From Takakia lepidozioides (lineage: Eukaryota; Plantae; Bryophyta): a stretch of 64,000 nucleotides of DNA. The position numbers were made by a program, and so were the translations under genes. Location of the stretch: assembly GCA_030704615.1 (NCBI GenBank), contig CM060734.1, positions 36,022,001 through 36,086,000 of the forward strand, given 5' to 3'. Positions 46,922-61,591 of the stretch are shown piece after piece (the stretch's first letter is position 1; every line of letters begins with the position of its first letter). Under the pieces are notes generated by a model that saw only the letters and a program-made list of their open reading frames with translations, ran no database searches and was not told the origin of the DNA.

Positions 46922-47390
46922 GTAAAGAGTTCGGCTGAAGTGCATATGTGTGCATGTTTCATTATGGTATTCAAACCAGGGATGTGTCCTCCATATTTTG
47001 TTGAATCAAGTGTAGGTCAACTAGAGGACTTAAGGTGGGGGATGATTATATGTTGTGCATCAGAAGTATCAGTCATTAAGGGGACTCTGAGAATTTGTAA
47101 AGGCAGACGTAGTACAATTAGAGGCTTGGATGTGAAACCATCTAAAGGTGGATACCACCTTTCATGGCCTAAATTAGTGGGGTGGGTATTTTGGTTACAT
47201 TTTTGAAGGATTTCAAGTCACTAAGTTTTGCAGATTGCTTGATCTAGGAACTGCATGAATATGTAATGGGCTCACTTGTGATTATGAAGGTGTACAGTGA
47301 ACAGTGGGAATATGATTATCACTGCAACAGAGAGCTTCAACTAAAGAGGGAAGCTTTGTACAACACAGCTATTTGCAGGTACAGAGATGC

Positions 47391-48050
47391 GGGAACAATG
47401 TTATTGATAAAATGAAGCAGGTTCCTCTCTGGTGAGAATACCCCAGACAATGCATCACAAAATGTATACTGTCGACTTAAGGCTGCCCGCACATCGGACA
47501 GTTACAATCTCCCTTTCCTCTCTGCATCATTTTATGTTCAAAGGTGAGACTCCCTGCACTGAGTTAAATTTTCAGTCTAGTCACAATCCATAAGGTCCTC
47601 ACCCATGTCAAAGACTGGAAACAAGTGCAGAGAAGCTTTAGTGGCCTTCCTTCAGAAAAGAGGAATTGGACTCGTAAGACGTTGTTTGGGTGTAAGGGGA
47701 ACACAGATACTACCTTTGTGAGGGGCTCACTCCACTTACCATATATCCTCTTGAAAGCCCTTCACACAAGTGTCAACTTTCTGTGTGTGGGCTGCCCAGC
47801 AATTCGGCCTCAACAGGGCAGTTAGGCTCAGCCTGAAGATTTTCAAAGTTGGTGAACAGAGGGGCAGGGACAATGTTCTTGATGGTCCTGAAGAGGGTCA
47901 CTCTCTGGTGAGAATATTCAGGACAATGTATCAGAAAATGGATAGGCTGCCCACACAACGGGCAATTACAATCTTCTCTTCCTCTCGGCATCTGTTTATT
48001 GTTCTAAGATAGGCCTCCCACCCTGAGTTAAAATTTAAGTCTTGTGCCTC
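47391..48050 (-). mobile_element. Two diverged tandem fragments of a LINE ORF2 C-terminal zinc-knuckle region
   Basis: 47391-47581 resembles 47868-48044. The minus strand reads CPLCGQP-IHFLIHCPEYSHQR and CPMCGQP...HFVMHCLGYSHQR, a CCHC motif like that at non-LTR ORF2 ends. Confidence 0.55.
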
Positions 48051-48606
48051 TCACCATAATTTTCATATTTTCTGTTTGATGAAAATCTGACACTGAAATG
48101 TAGTATTGCAAAGAAGAATTGCACAAAAAAAGAAGCAAAACGCAACAAAGAACATGGGCAGTGCCAATGTTTTTCGCAGAGTTACCTTGTTAACCTGATG
48201 TACCAGATCAGCTCTCAAGAGACATTGAAAGTCTCTAACAGGGTGTGAAAACATCCAGCTGTCCATTTATCTTCTTCTCATAATGCAATACACTCATGGC
48301 GAGGTCTTCACAATCACACTATATCAAGGAGCTTTGAAATTGAATGACTTCAACATGAATAGTTTCTTAAGCTCTATTTAGTAAAGTTCGTCTTGAATTT
48401 TCATGCGCATGGATAGAACCACCCAATCAAATATCAGTGGTGACCAGGATCAGCAAGAAAAAACTTGAGTTAATTTTGATCAAAACAAAAGACAAGGGAT
48501 TTGATTTTCCTGTTTATACATTGAAAACAGGAGACAGACCTAAGAAATTACTAAACAGCTCAATGCTTGCTGCCCTGGTGTGAACAGGTCACATTGCCGT
48601 TCAAAT

Positions 48607-51600
48607 TTACTCACCCTCATACTCTACAAGAATGTAAAGTGGCGTAGTACCCAATTTCTCCCGACCCTGCAGCCCATCACTTCAAATTCTCAGCGAAAAG
48701 CTCCTTCATGCTCCAGGTAAGGAGACCGAATTGCAAGGGCTGCTGCGTTGCAATGGATGTGTGTTTGCTGGTGCTGTCTGAGGGAGGGAGCAAAGTGAAG
48801 AGGATTTCTAGTACGGGTTTATGTGGGCTGTTGTCCTTATCTCTAATGTCTAGACAACATTACAAAATTCAATTTTGGGATGGAGATAGACTGCAGGAAG
48901 ATGGAATGACGCCTCAATGCCCACAACACTAAATGATTGCGTGGGTGAGGACGGCAAGAAGTTTGTATCAACCCTCTTATTCGAATTTATAATTGACAGG
49001 TAGGCAGTGACTTACTTTTAGATCGGAGAGCTCAATCACACACGCACATTCCACAATCTGCGCCTGAACTTTTTCTGTCGAGTCACAACACCTCACATTC
49101 AGCTCCAAAAGAGCGTTTGTGGTGATACGTGTTCATTGCTGATCCCTACCGGCCCATAGGCCACAAGGGGAAAAGCCAACAACAAGCTCTTTCCCTCTCT
49201 CCCTGTTGTCTCTTCCCCTCTCTCTCTGGCAGTGCAATCAAAGCCACATAAGTGACATCTGGGTTATATTGTGGGACTCCAGCAGCAATCTGTAGTAGCA
49301 GCAGTCAACTCGTGGTATACCAATGTTGGAAAATCCTGGCTTCGACATTGACAACTAGATTGTTGTTGGCAATGTGAGCACTGTGGTAAGTTCATGTTTT
49401 AGGCTTGTACCCTAGTGAGCTTAAACCCCATATCCTGCTTCTGGAGGGCAGTACCCTGTGAGAATTACACCCTCAGAGGTGAGCATCAAAAGGGAATGGT
49501 CATGGGTAGAACACCTCTCTCTCTCCACATAACTAACCATCTTATGGTGCACCTAATCAAAATTTAGACGAGCACAAACAGGATTCTACTGACCAAGTAG
49601 CTTAATGGCTGCACCAAGGGTACCCCCTGTTGCAATCAAATCATCAACGATAAGAGCTCTTTCGCCCTTCTCCACGGCCCCTACATGCATCTCAATGCGA
49701 TCTGTCCCATACTCCAGCTCATACTCCTGCCCAATGACTGGACCTGCAAAAGGAAAATTGTCAGAAATGCTCGGATAGATACAGCAGAAAAAGGACAGAT
49801 GTCAGGCTGGGGAAAATTATTTTCCCCAGGGACCATGTTCTTAAAAGTATGTCCTAGCCGTGCACCTTTTCCTCTTTCTATCTCTCTCTTACACACACAC
49901 ACGCGCACACACACACACTCTCTCTCTCTCTAATAGCCACAAGGTTACAGCAAACAACGTCTTATGAGTACATTCTCTCTATTTAAACCTCGGTAGAGTA
50001 TTTCAGGTGGAATAAGGTGATTTTTTCCTATGGATGTCCTGATACTGACAAGTAGACACTTGCTGCTCCCTGGCTAGGGCCTTGTAGGATTTATTGAGTG
50101 CCCATGTGCTGGCTTAAATTTAGGGTTTCAGAACCCTAACCCTGCAATTTAGTACTCATTTACGAAAATTGTTTAAGTACGAATGCGGCTACCTGAAACT
50201 ATAGGCAAAGTGTCGGGCACACCGCTCACCAGGCTTTGCCTTCAAGAGTTTCTCATTAGGGTTGTAGTCAGCAAGGTTTAAGCGCAACCTTGCCAAGCTT
50301 CCTATGCAGTTACAGGGAAGCCATGGCTCAGTTGTTGACATGCACAGGAAGTTACACTAAGCCCTTACCTGTGCTTTGCACTTATTTGTTGTTGCACGAA
50401 CGGATACACGCAATGTCGCAGACTGGTCTGCCTCAAACTTTCAAGGTTCTGTGCAATGTCACAGCTTTACTATTACTCTTGCAATCAATCACTTGCTTAT
50501 CTGCATGTTGGACAGCAATAGCAAGCGTGAAGACCTGCTACTCACCTTGCACATCTCACTAGCTCGCATTCTGTTGGATGTGGTGGTTTCTGGGACGGGT
50601 GCAGGTGAGGGTCCTTCACCTATCATGGGTCTCTAACCTACATGTGTAAGTTGTGCTACAGATTTAATTGGATAGATAATGGAAATCACCTATCACATGA
50701 GGCAGCCACTGCCTAGGAGGAATTGTGCAACGCTTGACAACAGCCCCATGTTTCTGTGAGGGAAGTATTTTACCGAAGTAATCTACCCTTGGGATCTGAT
50801 ACCGGAGGGTTCTGAAGACCCGTCTTGACTTGGATCGATCTCAGTTTACAGCCCAGCTGAGTGGTTTCATTTTGAATACTGTGTTGTTTTGTTTTAAGAC
50901 ATGGCAGTACAACCTATTCGGCCTATGGTGGAAGACTTGGTGTTGTCTCAGTTTTGAGACATGTGATTTTTAGGGAGGTATCTGTGTCGAAACTGATCCT
51001 CACAGAGAGGTACAATGCTCGATTTCCTGTGGGCAGAGGTCTCTATGGTTTTAAGCAAGCACTGGTTTGCTTAAGTAAAGGCTAAGGCTGACTTGGAGGT
51101 CAGACCTACAGTCCACATGCTGAAAAGCACAAAGTTCACTTCTGGAAATCCCAGTATGACAGTACAGTCAATATGAATATTGTTCAGTATGATATCTGTC
51201 GCTCTGAAGAAAGGTGGGTTTTTGAAGGGTTTCTAGAAAACCCCACCACCCACCCCAATCACCCACAAGTGTGAAACAAATCAGGAGCAAGACTGTGGTT
51301 TAAGGGAAGGAATATGGTGCCTTGCAATGCAAGGCTGTTTTGTCCTGGTTTTTATTTTTAACATTCTGATCTGGTCAAGTCCTGACGTCCTGCCAGATCC
51401 TCCCTTGTCGTGACAAGACAAGCCCTCTCTCTCTCTCTCTCTGCTTTCATCCAGACTGGATAAGGTCCATAGCCGGAGGGCTACCCCAATTACAAAGTGC
51501 TCAATCCATCTCTTCTCTCTTGTAGTGGGCTCGTTTGTGTGCATGTTATAAGAGGAGGTATCTGAAAAAGGAAAGAGTGAAAAGAAACACCAATACCTGG

Positions 51601-52661
51601 TAATTTCTTGGGTTTGCGCATAGGAACAAACTTGGCTCCAATAGCCAATGCAATGGGTGGACCAAATATGAAGCCCCGGGCTTCAATTCCTGTAATGCCA
51701 TTTCTCCAAATATGAGTTCCTCTTTGTGACGCATGAGGATGCACGTCTTTTACTGAGTGTGGAAAATTCTGGTATATGACCCTCCTTTTCTGCTCCCTGC
51801 ACAATCTCCTGAAAACCTTTTTCCTGCATCGCTCTTGGTAGACCCTGCAACTACCTTCAGTCTAATGCAAAAGAATATCTTAAAAGAGGCTGCTGGGGCT
51901 GGCATCTTACCTACAACAACATCGATTTTCTGATCCCGGTAACGCTCCACAAAAATGTCGATGGTGTCACTGAAAGCTTGGTGATCCAGCAACAACGTTG
52001 TCACATCCCGAAACATAATCCCTGATAAGGACACGCCACAACAGGGTTGGAATCTCATAAGGATTCGGTTAGTGAACTCGAATGAGACAAGGTTACCAAA
52101 TCGTCAAAAGCCAAATGTGCTTCCATCGGACAGGTATATCAGACGTCTTTCATGATAATCAGCTTTACGGGCAGAATGCACTTGCAGCAACCCACCCCGC
52201 GGGAATAATCCTTCCCGGAGAGTGGCAATGTCAGTGTGGAACTGCCATAGAGCTCCGACAGCCAAGGGCCAACCCATTGGAACGATTGAGCTTCAATCCA
52301 GCTGCAAATCTGGCATTGAATGGCCAGCGAAAAAATACTCCGGAATATCCCACTGTGATATGCTACTATGGGAGAGAAACAGAGACCCACTCAACCCGAC
52401 CATCGGTTCCTATCCATAGATGATCAACTCAGAAGTTGCGACCACTATCTAGACCGAGATCAATCGAAAATCGTTCCATTGTCCAATGAGGCGTTCACTC
52501 GTCTTAATCTGGTTTTTGTTCAATGCGAAAAAGAAATGCCACTCTCCAAGCACCCACAATGACGAATGCAGCGAAGTACCTGGCTTGGGGAAGTCAGGGA
52601 TTGCGCGGATGGATTTGGAGATTCGGGTAACTCTTGGGTCACCATTCCTGGTGGCTGACAT
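48607..52661 (-). CDS. APT: Adenine phosphoribosyltransferase, 6 exons, 184 aa
   Basis: Exons 52661-52580, 52021-51911, 51689-51597, 49743-49594, 49074-49016 and 48666-48607, all GT-AG and phase-consistent (555 nt). Motifs [32 protein letters not shown] and PRPP-binding [11 protein letters not shown]. Confidence 0.96.
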
Positions 52662-54277
52662 CTTTCCCCTCGCAACAATTCCTGTTCTGAAATCCTTGGA
52701 CAAGTCACACCCGCATCTCGTCCCAAATCCTCTCCCCAAATCTCAGCACAAGTCGAACTGATCCACGGATTTGTAAGCCTAGTATTCCGTATTCTCGACG
52801 ATTTTTAGGTCAGTGTATCGTTTGTTTTTTATTTGTTTTTTGGTAAGTTTTATTTACGAAGTGAAGAACTGCCCTCTTTTCTACGAGATCGGTGCGAGGA
52901 GATTCAACTGTCTATTCGGGGATACCCAATCGGAAGTCTTCCACTAACTTACGAGGATCAGAAATGGTCGGCAGCGTATGTGCATGAAGCGTCACTGACT
53001 CTTAGACAACCACTTGAGCTTTAGTTGCGTTTGGGCTGCTTGTGGCCCTTCTCCTTTTCTCGTTGCTTTTTTCCTCTTTTCCCATAAGCTCTTTGAGCTT
53101 TCCGCGGACGTTATAAAGTACCATTTCATTTCATATCATTTCTCTGGGTCCCTGGGATCTCTCCCATCTTCTTCAAGTGCAATATGTAGAAGGGATGGAG
53201 ATTGAGCATTGCAGTGTAGGAAATAGAGTCGAGGGGTAGGAGAAGGTCAAAGGTAGTGTGGGCTGAAGATGTTCTTGTTATTACGAATGAGGAAAAGTGA
53301 TGTGTCAATGAAGGTCAAGGGAGTCAGGCTTGTGCTAGAGAGCCAAACATCAAATGTGAGGGAACGCTGAAATCTTCCAACGAGATTCAAGGCTTAAGTC
53401 TGCAACCATAGCTCTACACCGTGTTGGCGCTTTTGCAGTGCATTAGACTGTCTCTTCAAGGCCATCTGGATGGAGCTGGCACATGATGTGATTACTGTTG
53501 TCACAGATGTCCAATTTTTGGTAATCTACCTTGAAATTGGCCACCACGACTTTGAGTACGTTTGTCTAAGAACTTGTGTACCTAACTTTGTCCAGACTTC
53601 TTCCACGTCAAGATTGCATGTTGCGGATGTCCAACCAGTTAAGCTGGGGCACCGGCTTCATAATGTTGCAGATCCTACCTGAGTTGCTCTCATGAAAGGC
53701 TACCTCTGAATTGCTAATTTCTTCAGTGACTTGACATGCATTTAACATTCGCAACTTTCTTCTGGACTTTAACCTCATATTGGCAGGCAGCCAGGTGGTG
53801 AGAAGCTATACTTGAACTTTGTTTGATAATCAGCTTTCAGCAGCACTAAAGAAGCTGCCATTTGACAAGCATCTATCAATGCAGAATGTGAGGAAAGTGG
53901 TCACAGAGGCTGATGGCTACCAGGGCTCAGATCCGTCTCAGAGCGACAGACCTCTTGTCTACTATTTCCAAGACGGCCATAGCTAACCAGAATGTGGCAG
54001 AGTGCATTTTAGGTGGGCAATTACTTTCTATGACTCTTCTAAGAATCACAGTTCTTCCCCACCCCCTCTCCAGAGTGACACAAATTGGGGTGACACGGGG
54101 ATGAGACCGGAGCAGTGGTGAACAGGTATGTCCACCTTTTTAACACCATAGGGGTCCCGGTATGAAGTATGAAGGGTCCTACCCCTTTTTGGCTCCTCCC
54201 TAAGGAGAGACCATGCAATGATTGTTTTCTCCTGGTGTACCTTCCCCACTTTATACTTGCCTATCAAGATAATACCT

Positions 54278-54810
54278 GAAATGATATATAATTTATTACT
54301 CAAGGCCAAAACTTCAGCTCCTGAAGTCCTGTATTGAGTTTTTTTTTAAAGACAAATTATAAAATAATTTTATAACTTAAGGAGAAAAAAATTTAAAAAT
54401 TTAGATTGAACTTTGATCTTATGTTTAATTTTAAATTTCAACTAATATTTTTAGTTTTTTCATTAATGAAATGATATATAATTCATTACTCAAGGCCAAA
54501 ATTTCAGCGGACGAGGTCCAGAACTTGAGCAGCTGAAGTCCGAAACTTGAGCGGTTGAAGTCCGGCGTTGAGCTTATTTTAAAAAACAATTTATAAAATA
54601 CTTTTATAATTTGTTTTAAAACAAATGCTCACAATTCAGGCCATAGCTTAAAATTCTAGATGGAACTTTGATCTTATGTTCAATTTTAAATTTCAACTAA
54701 TATTTTAGTATTTTTATTTGAGGTTTTTAATGAAATAATATATAATTTATTACTCAAGGCCAAAACCACTGAAGTCTGGAACTCAGCGGCTGAAGTCCGG
54801 ACTTGAGCAA
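54278..54810. repeat. Degenerate tandem repeat, three units about 190-260 bp apart
   Basis: GAAATGATATATAATT(T/C)ATTACTCAAGGCCAAAA...GAAGTCC recurs at about 54278, 54467 and 54732. Confidence 0.8.
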
Positions 54811-56473
54811 AATAAATAGCCATTTGTAATAGACTCTAGACTTTTCATCCACCCATTGTTATCCATCCATCCATTCAGGCCCTTGTGGAGGAGGAAAGTT
54901 TAACCTCCTTTTCATATAAGCCATTGGGCATATATCACAAGAGGAAACGTCACCCCCAAATCAATAGGTCACAAAACAAATCATACACACAAGACAAAGT
55001 AGCAGGAATTGAACCCCAAAGCTACCAAGCCGCAAGAGAGATTTAGGTTTAAGGTAGGGTTCTAAAGAGTCTACCGCTGTGGGCTGTTTTTTTCTCGGTG
55101 CTATGCATTTTTAAACTTATCTGCTGGGCTCTTTCGATCTCGCTCGCTTGCAGCTCGAGCCGCATCCTATCTGTGTAGCAGCGTTTAGGTAATTTTTTTC
55201 TTCTCCACTTTGACTTTTTCAGTCCCATATCCCATATTCTCATTTCTGGTGATGATTGTCTGTTATCCTCCATTATGTACCTCTAATCCTCTTTCTCTGG
55301 TTGTCATTTGTTTTGTGAGGTTTCTTCAGCCTTTTTGTTTCTGAGATCTGCACTCCTCACTAGTCATTTAACCTGCCAGCTATGTCATTGATATAGGGGC
55401 GTGCTCTCTTATCTAGTTCTTTTCCTTGGTGTTTCAAAGGTACTTGGGAGGGTCAGCTCGGGCTGAGGAGGCTATGTTTAAATCTATGGCTATTTAGCTG
55501 CACAGACCAGTCTAAGATCAGACACCAGGAGCGCACACAAGAGGACGTTATTTGGCTAGTTGATGGTTGGTTGAATCCTCCTTGGGTGAAAGCAAAGCTA
55601 GCTGCTTAAAGGACACAAGATCAAGGACATGACAATGTGGTGAGGGCACCTTCTTCTTCAACATATTTTAGCATTTTTCCCTCTTATTAGAGTCGTCCAT
55701 AAAGTTTCATGTTGACTCTTGCAAAGTGATCTCATAAGGATCTACGATGGTTTGAAGTGATTTTTTGACATGTTACTGCCAATGTGGCAATAGGCATTTG
55801 GAAAAACAGAAAATGAGCTGATGGGAAGTTTTGAAAGAATTTGTTTTCGACCCTAGTCAATGGTGGGCGATCGAGGAAATAAATGATTTATGGTAGAATA
55901 CTACGAGGAAAAAGACAACAAGATACATTGCTAAACTTTCTTGGAAATTGTCATTTTCTCTCTATCCCCAGAATATTTTGAGTCTTAAGAGCAATATAGC
56001 ATAGAAAATAGTATGTGATAAGTTGGGTTGGGATGTTTGCTAGGGTTGAGAGTGATCGGTAGATCAGTTTTGAGGGCGGGTCCTATTCCACAGTGAGGGC
56101 TCGATTTGGAGGGATGTGAACTATTAATTTTCGAAGAAGAGGAAACTCGACAGTTCCTGAAGGACATGGTGTTATGTAGATTTTGGGCGTAACTTACTAA
56201 TCCATGATGGGTAGGCAGAACCTAGTAGTGATAAGGAGGGTAGTTGTTCAGAAGTTAGACAGGATTTGAATTCGGCCGAGGCCAAGTAATCTGAGGAGAG
56301 GTGTGAAGGAGTGAAGAAAACGGAGAAAGTGGCCAATACCTTAAACATAAACGTGTCGTAGGCATATATGTTGAACAACAAGGTATGGGTGTAGTGCTGG
56401 TCGTAGGACCTGTGTGTGTGAACATACTGTGAACAACATACTTGTTCTGGTTCAATTGGTGGCTCAGCGTATA

Positions 56474-56706
56474 TTCAGTTTATTATATGCAGTTCCCTTC
56501 AAATTTATCCCTTCAGTTTATTATATGTAGTTCCCTTCAGATTTATTCCTTCAGTTTATTATATTCAGTTCCCTTCAGATTTATCCCTTCAGTTTATTAT
56601 ATGCAGTTCCCTTCAGATTTATCCCTTCAATTTGTTATATTCAGTTCCCTTCAGATTTATCACTTCAGTTCTATTATATTTAGTTCCCTTCAGACTTATC
56701 CCTTCA
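56474..56706. repeat. 38-bp minisatellite, about 6 copies
   Basis: Unit TTCAGTTTATTATATGCAGTTCCCTTCAGATTTATCCC. Confidence 0.92.
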
Positions 56707-57445
56707 TCTCTATTACATTCACTTCCGGTTTTTTAACAATGAGTTCCATTTCTTTTCAAATTTCCAACTCCATCACATTCAATTTTATTTTTCACATTTG
56801 TTCATTGCATTTAATTATTATCATTTTTTTATCAAGGTGAAGAACACAAAATATTTATTTTCTAAATTTCACATTTATTTTGTAATTGTTATATATATAA
56901 TATTTATATATCATAATCATATAGATAGATTATTTTGTGTTCCCTTTAATTATTCTGTTGTGTTGATGCTTCAAAAATTGTGTGTATGGTTTATTTTATA
57001 CAATCTTTGCAAAATGCTAAATAACAAGAACAACAAAAAGCAATTCCTAAATATTTGTCAAATGAAATTTTATTTTAATCTACCAAATTATGTAATCACT
57101 ATTATCTAGTTAGATTCAAATATTTGTTATATTTGAATCTAAGGCAAGATGTCTTTTAGTGGTCAAATCCTGCTACTTGATGGGTGTGGTACCTTCTTCT
57201 CCCCCTTCCCTGCACAAGTGTCGTATCGGAAAGCCTTATGGCAAGGTTACTGAGAGGTTATTTTCTCCTCTCTTTATCAAGGGGCCTGATTTGTGAGCTA
57301 TCGCTCCCAGGTGTTTCCCTTTAAAAAAAAAAAAAAAAAAGTATATTAAATATAATATTTAATTGTTTTATTAAATCAGGACAACTAGTGCTAGCCTTCC
57401 AATTTTGTAATTAGGGTGGAGCCATTATGCGACTAGCTGCTTGTT

Positions 57446-57970
57446 TCATACCAGGCTGGTATAGGTATCTATACAGGTATGAGCAACTTGGGTATGAATC
57501 TGGTACGAGTAATTATATTTTGGGCTGTATATGAGTATGGTACTGGTATTGTCCTTTGTTTAAGTGATACTGGGGGGTATATGAGCACTAGTATGGTATT
57601 TCTACTACATAGAAATAAATATCATTCAACACACATCTAATTGTAGTCTAAACTATGAAACACAGGCAAAGACACCTGGGTGACACGGAAGGCCGTTGTC
57701 TTTTGTGTCACCCCAATCAGTGTAACTAAAAGCTTGGTATGTAAAACGCTCCTAGTCCATGAGACATTAGTACCAGTCTTGTGCTGGTATTGAGGGTTTT
57801 GCCGGGTATCAATACTAGTCATTAACCTAGTATCGCAGAACCTACCAAGAGGATATGTATCGGCCATTAAACTAGGGCACACAAGTACCACCCTAATATG
57901 GGAGCCCAACCTACCAGGTCATACCTGTATTCCATACCTAGGTTCAACCAGATATACTGATCCAATATTG
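57446..57970. mobile_element. Degenerate TGGTAT/ATACCA-rich hAT-type MITE
   Basis: Dense TGGTAT/ATACC repeats; ends in ATACTGATCCAATATTG, a degenerate version of the 41250-41266 TIR. Confidence 0.45.
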
Positions 57971-59954
57971 CACCAAACACCTGGGTGACACGGAAGGGAG
58001 TTTTCTGTGTCACCCCAATCAGTGGAACTAAAAGAAGAGCCTAGTCGATCGAGGCCTGGTTACTAAGGAGGTTGGGTAGCATGTGAGCATGCTCATGCGA
58101 GCATACTAGAATATTCTATAGATTCTCAAAATATCCTGTGAATATGCTACAGCTAAAGGAAAATACGTTCACGCCACTCAAATGCAAAACTACAGAAATG
58201 CACACGGGATACCAACCCCCCATGGTAGCAGGTTTCGGGCGAAAAACCAATCATCTGTCTCTACACGATGCCTTCCCGGGCATGGAAGGTTGCCAGTTAC
58301 TGTTTTTAGCTTCTCTCTTGATGGCACTAGGGAGTCTGATTTCAAAAGCAGTCGGGCGAGTTTCGCGTGTGGATTTATACTGTTTGTTTTTGCCAAGCGC
58401 GCTGACACTTGCAGTGGCCTCCAATCTGGAAATAGAATCAGTCCGCTTCGAAATACTGGGGACGACAGACACTAAATTGTTTCTTTATTTGTTGCCCACG
58501 TGGGGTTGGAGATGGAACAAGCAACGGATCTCACGGCACTACCGCGCCTAATAATTAATAAAAATGGAATATTATTAGGTAGATTCGTTTTATTATTTAG
58601 GCACCTCACCTAGGTAATTTCCAAACATTAGGCATGTATCACAGTCGACCTTGGATAATAATGAACAATTGTGTTATTTCCACATATTTGGACATTTTGG
58701 TATTTTTCATAATTTTCGAGCAATTAGGCACTTCTCAGGAAAAAATTTCCAAGTTTTAGGCACATTTTCCAAAAATGTTCTAAATTTAATTAGGCACTTG
58801 ATTTTGAATTAATTATTGCCTAATAAGCTAATAAGCTAGGTAAGTATGGTACTTGTGAGGAAAACGAACTACAGAAGTTCTCTCTGATCCCACGAGCTTT
58901 GGTTGTTTCCTCTTGGGGACAGTTACACCAATTTGTACAGTCACCCCGCTTGGGTCTTTTTATAAAGCTATGCAGGCTTATATATATATATATAGAGATC
59001 CCTATCAGAACTGATGAAACTCCACAGAAAATCTAAGGTTCCCATTCCAGTGGCGTAAATTTCAGGGTTAATAGGGACCCCTGCTACAACAGGACATTTA
59101 TGAGATCCGGATGTGGAGTCGAAAAACAGAAGAACAATACCCAGATTAGACTTGCCACCCGGGATCATCCTGGGTTTTTTCATTCAAAGATAAGATAAGG
59201 TGTGATTCGCAGCTGGCCTCCATGTGCGCTCACACGCACATTCTGCATACTCTACAACACTGTGACTCTCGAGACAGGAAAATCAGCCAGGGATGGCCCC
59301 CAAGTGGCGTCGCTCGTCGACATGTGAAAATGTCCAAGAGGCAGACCATTACCTACCGACGCGAAATACTTTGTGTTGCGTCGCAGGCAATCTGTTGCTC
59401 CCAACTTGACTCGCTGTCGCTTTGTGTTGCCTCGCGGTCGATCCGTTGCTCCAAGTTTGGCAGCGAGTGTGGAGCTTCAAGAGGCCCGTTGCGACACTTT
59501 CGGATCGCTGACGTGGTCCTAGGATCGGGATAAGGATGGATGAGATAGATGAGACGGCGGCGATCTAGAGCTGGTCGGGTTATCAATGCGTTCCCATCCA
59601 GACCCGGGATAGGATGCGAGACTTGAAGGCTTTGTTCCTTGTGAGGTGCGGAAAGAGAAGCAAGTGCGGAGTGTGAGTGTGGAAGACGAAGAAGTGTGAG
59701 AGATATTCGCTTTGCTTTCTCTTGGTTGGGAGGGTGAAGGTGCTCTCTAGTGAGAGTAGAACTGACGTAGAGAGTGAGGAAGAACAGAAGGCATTGCAGT
59801 AGAAGGAAGACAAGTGCACCTTCTTTTGGGAAGTCTTTCACAGTACTCCGATGAGGATGTGAGATTAGCAAGCTTGAGCTGGAAAAAGAACTGTAGAAGC
59901 AGAGTTACAGTGCCTGAAGTTGGGAGATTCGTCAGAAGAGGGAGGTCAAGTGAG

Positions 59955-61591
59955 ATGAAGATCAAGCTCAGTACTGGAAAACTTAACATTAGAAACCAAG
60001 GAAAAATGTCTGGAGTGTTTGGGGAGCGCGGGGTGGAGAAGATATCGTGCCAGAGTGCATTTCATGGCGATTCGATTACAGGTTGCAACAGGTCGGGGAG
60101 TTCCAAGTCCATGAGAGTCGATGAAAGGTCCAGGAAGGGGCCAGTGGGGGGTGTTGGTGTGTGGGCCTACCATGGAGGGGGACATGTCGAGCCCTTTTCC
60201 ACCTTAGGGGTTAGCCCTGGAGCCTCATTGCAGGAGATTAAGAAGGCGTACCGGAGGCTGGCACTCAAGGTATCTTCTGTCTATCCTGACCGAGGTTTGC
60301 CAGTTTCTCATTGACAATGTCATCGATCCGGAACGGGCGATTGTTGTATGGCTTTCCTCTCTGTCTAAAAAGCAAGGCATTTCCCTTTTCAGTGCGTATG
60401 CAACTTTGTCGTGCTACTTGTGGTAAGAACTTGGTGAAGGACAACGGAGCCATCATCCGACAAAGCAATGACTGGTGACACAACTTGGAGGCCGTCAACG
60501 ATATGATCAATTTAGAACTAAACGATAACCTTAAAGGAGAGCGCGTGGAGGAATTCGGAATGCATGAAGTATTGAAAATGATACTTCATATTGTAGATCA
60601 GAATTTTCTACTATGGGGTTTTGTGACATGGCATTCTGGCCCTGTGTTACCCATTTAGACACCAATAAACAAGCATAAAGGGGAGCAGAAACAGTTTTCT
60701 CACAGAATGGAAAATTGAACATTAAAACGTGGTGAGTTTGTGTGAATACAGTACCACCCGGATGTATGCAACGGAGACGACTGCGCGGAAAAATTCCAAC
60801 AAGTCAACAAAGCCTATGAGGTCTGCTCCGTGTCCACCACCCTGTTCCCCTTCTGCTGCTGTTGCCCTCTCCATTCTCCACATAATTGAAATATATCCCC
60901 TGCAACCATCGCGATCAGGGCGTGTTTGAGCTGAGTTTCACACTTGTTAGGTCTGAAGTCACACTGCTCACTGCGAGAGTGGGAACTTCTTACATATGCT
61001 ACACCAGCCGACAATCGTAAGAAACGTTCTATGTGCACACCTGTCTTTCTTCTGCTGGGTGGAAGGCTGGCACACATTGGATGGCCACAAGGCTATGGCA
61101 ATCAGCAGGACAGTTCCGAGTGGCAGGGCAACCACATCGCATTGATTTATGTAGATGGACATCTCCTGAATCAGTTGTCTGTCACCCAATGTCTTCTGGT
61201 CACAAACAACCCAGGCCACAATTTTACATAAATATGTACAGAAACTTCATGCAATGCATGTGGGAGAGTGTGTATCTTTGTCTCTTGCTGAATCAATTGT
61301 CAAAGAGTCATGTGCTCTTATGTTATTTGTGTGGAGACTCAAGCCAACAATCAAGTGTTTGATGTGTTCTTACACACAGAGTACTCCTGACATATGCCCA
61401 TTTTACACTTGCAGGTTGTACTCAACTCAGACTCTCTATCCGGGAACATGCTGTACGATCTGTCTGATGACTGCCCTGAAGGATTCATGGGGGTTGGAAA
61501 CGACTCTTGGGAGGATTGGGAAGAGTGGATGGGATGGGAAGGAGCTGGAATTCGAGACTATTCCTCCCATGTTAACATGTACAGTTTCTAG
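59955..61591 (+). CDS. ATJ8: Chloroplast DnaJ 8-like J-domain protein, 3 exons, about 186 aa
   Basis: Exons 59955-60269, 60752-60820 and 61415-61591 (GT-AG, phase 0). IKKAYRRLALK|YHPDVC...AYE|...WEEWMGWEGAGIRDYSSHVN. Start codon uncertain (59955 or 60006). Confidence 0.87.

Noticed and set aside
50119-50143. Opposed telomere-like motifs (TTTAGGGTTT...AACCCTAA) in APT intron 3
   Set aside because: Single units of a common telo-box-like motif, not an interstitial telomere array.
56474-56706. 38-bp repeats as a CRISPR array
   Set aside because: Head-to-tail units with no unique spacers, in a eukaryotic context.
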